Part shown: positions 61,718 to 64,000 of the stretch, piece after piece
How positions within the stretch are numbered: position 1 is the stretch's first letter
Layout: every line of letters starts with the position of its first letter
Assembly (NCBI GenBank): GCA_017503105.1
Contig: JAFVTS010000009.1
Coordinates: 16,370-80,369 of the forward strand
Source of the DNA: Clostridia bacterium
GTDB lineage: Bacteria > Bacillota > Clostridia > Oscillospirales > CAG-272
Direction of reading: 5' to 3'
Length of the DNA: 64,000 nucleotides
Notes under the pieces: model-generated
The model's input: only the letters and a program-made list of their open reading frames with translations
Database searches by the model: none
What the model was told of the DNA's origin: nothing
Translations under genes and position numbers: made by a program

Positions 61718-62428
61718 TTACTCTGATTTCGAAATCTGAAGATACTTTTTGAATTTTCCATCAAAATCATCATTTCCTACTATAGCCATATATGTTTCAA
61801 TATTCTTCTGAATACCATCGGTGTATGTATTCGAACACAGTTTTCTGAATTCGTTAGCCATAACACTGTCTTGCAACAGCGCATAATAATTTCCAGGCTG
61901 TATATTGGGGTGTGCTTGACAAAAAATACACCAAGCATTTTGTATTGTTCTTGTTGGAGCACCTGTGAAAATATAGCTTTTGACAGCTCCGTTCAATGCG
62001 GAAAATGCATCAAATCCATTTTTTAAGGTTTCAAGCAATTGTGGATCATTCAACATAAGTTTCGCTCTGTTGTAAGCATACATAACGGCCTTGCTTTTGT
62101 TATCAATGTCATTTGCCCACATATAATAACTTTGATCGGAAACAAAAATATCAGCAACATTTCCACTTGCCTGTCCGGTCAAATGAAACGCATCCAAATA
62201 TGCATTATATATATCCAAAACACATTGTCTTGTCTGATTTACTGTATCGCGGTCGGCAATCGACTTTTGAAGTTTTTGATTCTGCTTGTCCATACGAACA
62301 GACAACACGATTGTAATAATGGTTAGCGCAATGGGAACAACTGCAAAAATGATGGATAAGCACGTTGTGAGAGCATCACCGTTTATTGCATCGGCAATAT
62401 TATCAAGTGATTTAATAATTTCGTCCAT
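61718..62428 (-). CDS. Hypothetical membrane-anchored protein (one N-terminal TM, ~185-aa soluble domain)
   Basis: 236 aa. TM LTTCLSIIFAVVPIALTIITIVLSV. The rest is helical-looking. No family recognised. Confidence 0.55.
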   Translation of the reverse strand: MDEIIKSLDNIADAINGDALTTCLSIIFAVVPIALTIITIVLSVRMDKQNQKLQKSIADRDTVNQTRQCVLDIYNAYLDAFHLTGQASGNVADIFVSDQSYYMWANDIDNKSKAVMYAYNRAKLMLNDPQLLETLKNGFDAFSALNGAVKSYIFTGAPTRTIQNAWCIFCQAHPNIQPGNYYALLQDSVMANEFRKLCSNTYTDGIQKNIETYMAIVGNDDFDGKFKKYLQISKSE

Positions 62429-62436
62429 AATAATTT

Positions 62437-62468
62437 CCTTTACAAAAGTCTAATTTTTCGGTAGGCAT
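62437..62468 (-). repeat. Second, shorter remnant of the hsdS 3' end / RBS joint (~32 nt)
   Basis: TCCTTTACAAAAGTCTAATTTTTCGGTAGGCA versus genuine TCCTTTACACAAGTCTAATTTTTCCGGTCAGCA (3 substitutions, 1-nt gap). It sits immediately 5' of the ORF 61718-62428 ATG. Confidence 0.65.
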
Positions 62469-62487
62469 AATAATTGTTTTCAACAAA

Positions 62488-62802
62488 TCACAAAACATTT
62501 GCAAAAATGCTCACAAGACTTGCAACTTCACAAATGATCGATACTATCAAAAACAACACTTTCCCGCCTTTGGCACCAAACCATATGCCAAATGCAGAAC
62601 CAATCGCCATAATAACACCTACGATGAAATATGGAGATGTCAAGTAATCTTCAAGTGCCATTTTTCCAACTTCAAAGAAAAGCGGAAAGAACGCCACGAT
62701 TACCTGCAATATAGCATCCCAAAACGACACCAAAGCTCCAAATCCACCACATAGTAAAATGATTATCGATATTACAATTATTTTTCTAAAATCTCTAGCC
62801 AA
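62488..62802 (-). CDS. Hypothetical small membrane protein (3 TM helices)
   Basis: 104 aa. TTG start 11 nt after the hsdS stop, using the TAAAGGAG joint as RBS. Almost entirely hydrophobic. Confidence 0.5.
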   Translation of the reverse strand: MARDFRKIIVISIIILLCGGFGALVSFWDAILQVIVAFFPLFFEVGKMALEDYLTSPYFIVGVIMAIGSAFGIWFGAKGGKVLFLIVSIICEVASLVSIFANVL

Positions 62803-62813
62803 TGGGTTCTCCT

Positions 62814-63998
62814 TTACACAAGTCTAATTTTTCCGGTCAGCAGTTGTTGCGTCATGCCTTGTTTGATCTGACGGGCTTTGGTGAGTTTCTGCTCCAAGGA
62901 TTCGATTTCGTTATCCATATCGGAGAGGATCGAAGCAATAACATTCTGTTCGTCTATTTCAGGAATTAGAACAGTTAAACTGCTCAAATTTTCGGCATGA
63001 ATATGGACAATGGCATCGCCCTGACCTTTTTCCGCACGTTGTTTTTGGACTTCGGGCATATTCAACACTGTCCCCATAAACAGAGGATTAAGATAATTGT
63101 GAGGTCTGAAGATTAGTATATCTCCACCCGCATAAGCCTTTTCGTTACTTGTTATTGCAGCACATTTACCAATCTCTTCTTTCGTTTCACCAGAAGCAGC
63201 AAATAGAATGTCTCCATAATATATACGCTTGGCATTGTTGGCCACTTCCTCAGAGATATGTGAATAGAATTTTGTAATATAGTTATTATGTTTAGTGTAT
63301 AATTCGCCATATCTTACAGCCGATATCGTTCCCGAATTAGATTCGTCTCTACTGATACCGCTTCCTTTGGTAAACACACCCAGTTGGGATAAGTGATAAT
63401 ACTTCCACTCCCCTGCAAATCCGGGTAAGCGTTTTTTACCCGTCAAGAGTTCCTGCATTGCGCCTTGCTTGACGGATTTTTTCTTTGCAATCAGCTTTTC
63501 AAGCGAGGAGATCATACTGTCCACATCCGAAAGCGCCTCGGCAATGCGTTTTTGTTCTTCAAGGGGCGGCAATGCGATGTTTGTAGCATAGATAATTCCG
63601 TTGTATAATCTCGCAATTGTACTACCTTCGGAAGATGCCCATTTAGTAACTCGATAATAATGATTCAAGTATTCATTGCAAAGTACATTTTTGTCAATGT
63701 CAAGCCATACAATGTTTGAATCTTGAAAATATGCATCCTTTCCGTCGTATATAACAGTTCGCCCAAGAGTTCCGGCAGCGGATATCAACACATCACCTTT
63801 TTTGGGGAAGGAAAACTTGTTTCTATACTCGTTATATAACGCAACTGAAATATATGCATCAGCTTCTTTTCCGAATGTGCCAATTTTATAAAACGGAATA
63901 TCTCCGTTTTCAGTTGTTTGATCCGCAAATATCCTTTTGCACATCGAAATAGTTGCAATATCCTCAATTTTTGCACAAAACCACTCTTCTGGAATCAC
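62814..63998 (-). CDS. hsdS: Type I restriction-modification specificity subunit (start at or just beyond window edge)
   Basis: Two target-recognition domains are separated by the conserved helices LEEQKRIAEALSDVDSMISSLEKLIAKKKSVKQGAMQELLTGKKRLPGF and IDEQNVIASILSDMDNEIESLEQKLTKARQIKQGMTQQLLTGKIRLV. hsdM is presumably upstream, outside the window. Confidence 0.9.
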   Translation of the reverse strand: MIPEEWFCAKIEDIATISMCKRIFADQTTENGDIPFYKIGTFGKEADAYISVALYNEYRNKFSFPKKGDVLISAAGTLGRTVIYDGKDAYFQDSNIVWLDIDKNVLCNEYLNHYYRVTKWASSEGSTIARLYNGIIYATNIALPPLEEQKRIAEALSDVDSMISSLEKLIAKKKSVKQGAMQELLTGKKRLPGFAGEWKYYHLSQLGVFTKGSGISRDESNSGTISAVRYGELYTKHNNYITKFYSHISEEVANNAKRIYYGDILFAASGETKEEIGKCAAITSNEKAYAGGDILIFRPHNYLNPLFMGTVLNMPEVQKQRAEKGQGDAIVHIHAENLSSLTVLIPEIDEQNVIASILSDMDNEIESLEQKLTKARQIKQGMTQQLLTGKIRLV

Positions 63999-64000
63999 AC

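Larger units (their letters stand above)
52150..64000. other. AT-richer accessory/defence island (left edge approximate, right edge beyond window)
   Basis: Gene content switches from housekeeping to type I R-M, TIR, GIY-YIG, DUF3800 and unknowns, and base composition drops. Spot counts: 17 G+C of 60 nt at 61261-61320 and 23 of 60 at 60841-60900, versus 37 of 60 at 13021-13080. Confidence 0.6.

Noticed and set aside
1-64000. Prophage, integrase, transposase, IS element, rRNA or CRISPR-Cas anywhere in the window
   Set aside because: None of the ORF translations shows recombinase, transposase, capsid/terminase or Cas motifs that I can recognise. The island is therefore described only as compositionally distinct, not as a defined mobile element.

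Overview
The window looks like chromosome from a spore-forming Firmicute of Clostridia type (cotJA/B/C, a SpoVB/MurJ-like flippase, rpsB-tsf, frequent lipoboxes). All calls rest on reading the ORF translations and the DNA by eye, with no searches run. There are six blocks. (1) 1-2.5 kb holds sugar-type genes (Gfo/Idh/MocA fragment, ThuA-like, AraC regulator). It also holds tRNA-Arg(CCG), whose downstream region is tandemly duplicated together with 11 nt of the tRNA 3' end and a variable heptamer tract. (2) 2.6-19.1 kb is one tightly packed minus-strand gene string: a 2553-aa secreted S8 protease/PA/Ig-like/LRR giant protein with a C-terminal TM anchor, a lipoprotein, a 5-gene Opp/Dpp-type peptide ABC importer and a small membrane ORF. 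(3) 19.3-29.8 kb holds three paralogous lipoproteins that share an N-terminal Cys-rich module, one of which carries a CGPC thioredoxin domain. Convergent with them is a NapH-like polyferredoxin fused to an extracytoplasmic CGPC thioredoxin domain, plus a polytopic membrane protein ending in a CTECIGLG motif. (4) 29.9-37.3 kb is an aromatic amino-acid fermentation operon (Na+/solute symporter, acyl-CoA synthetase, IorA, IorB, PaaK, ACT). (5) 37.4-52.1 kb is housekeeping (AGCS symporter, hom, M23 peptidase, two tandem alpha/beta hydrolases, rpsB, tsf, flippase, DUF4416, cysK, cotJABC with a short cotJC, Mn catalase). (6) 52.2-64.0 kb is a visibly more AT-rich accessory/defence island that runs off the window. 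It begins with two unknown plus-strand genes behind phased 11-bp repeats. The rest is a minus-strand type I R-M locus ordered hsdS - four inserted ORFs - hsdR - M48/YgjP peptidase - GIY-YIG protein - TIR protein - MmcQ/YjbR. The most interesting signal is that the cassettes between hsdS and hsdR are each preceded by a copy of the hsdS 3' end. A perfect-consensus promoter also fires antisense into that array. No CRISPR array, rRNA, integrase or transposase was seen.
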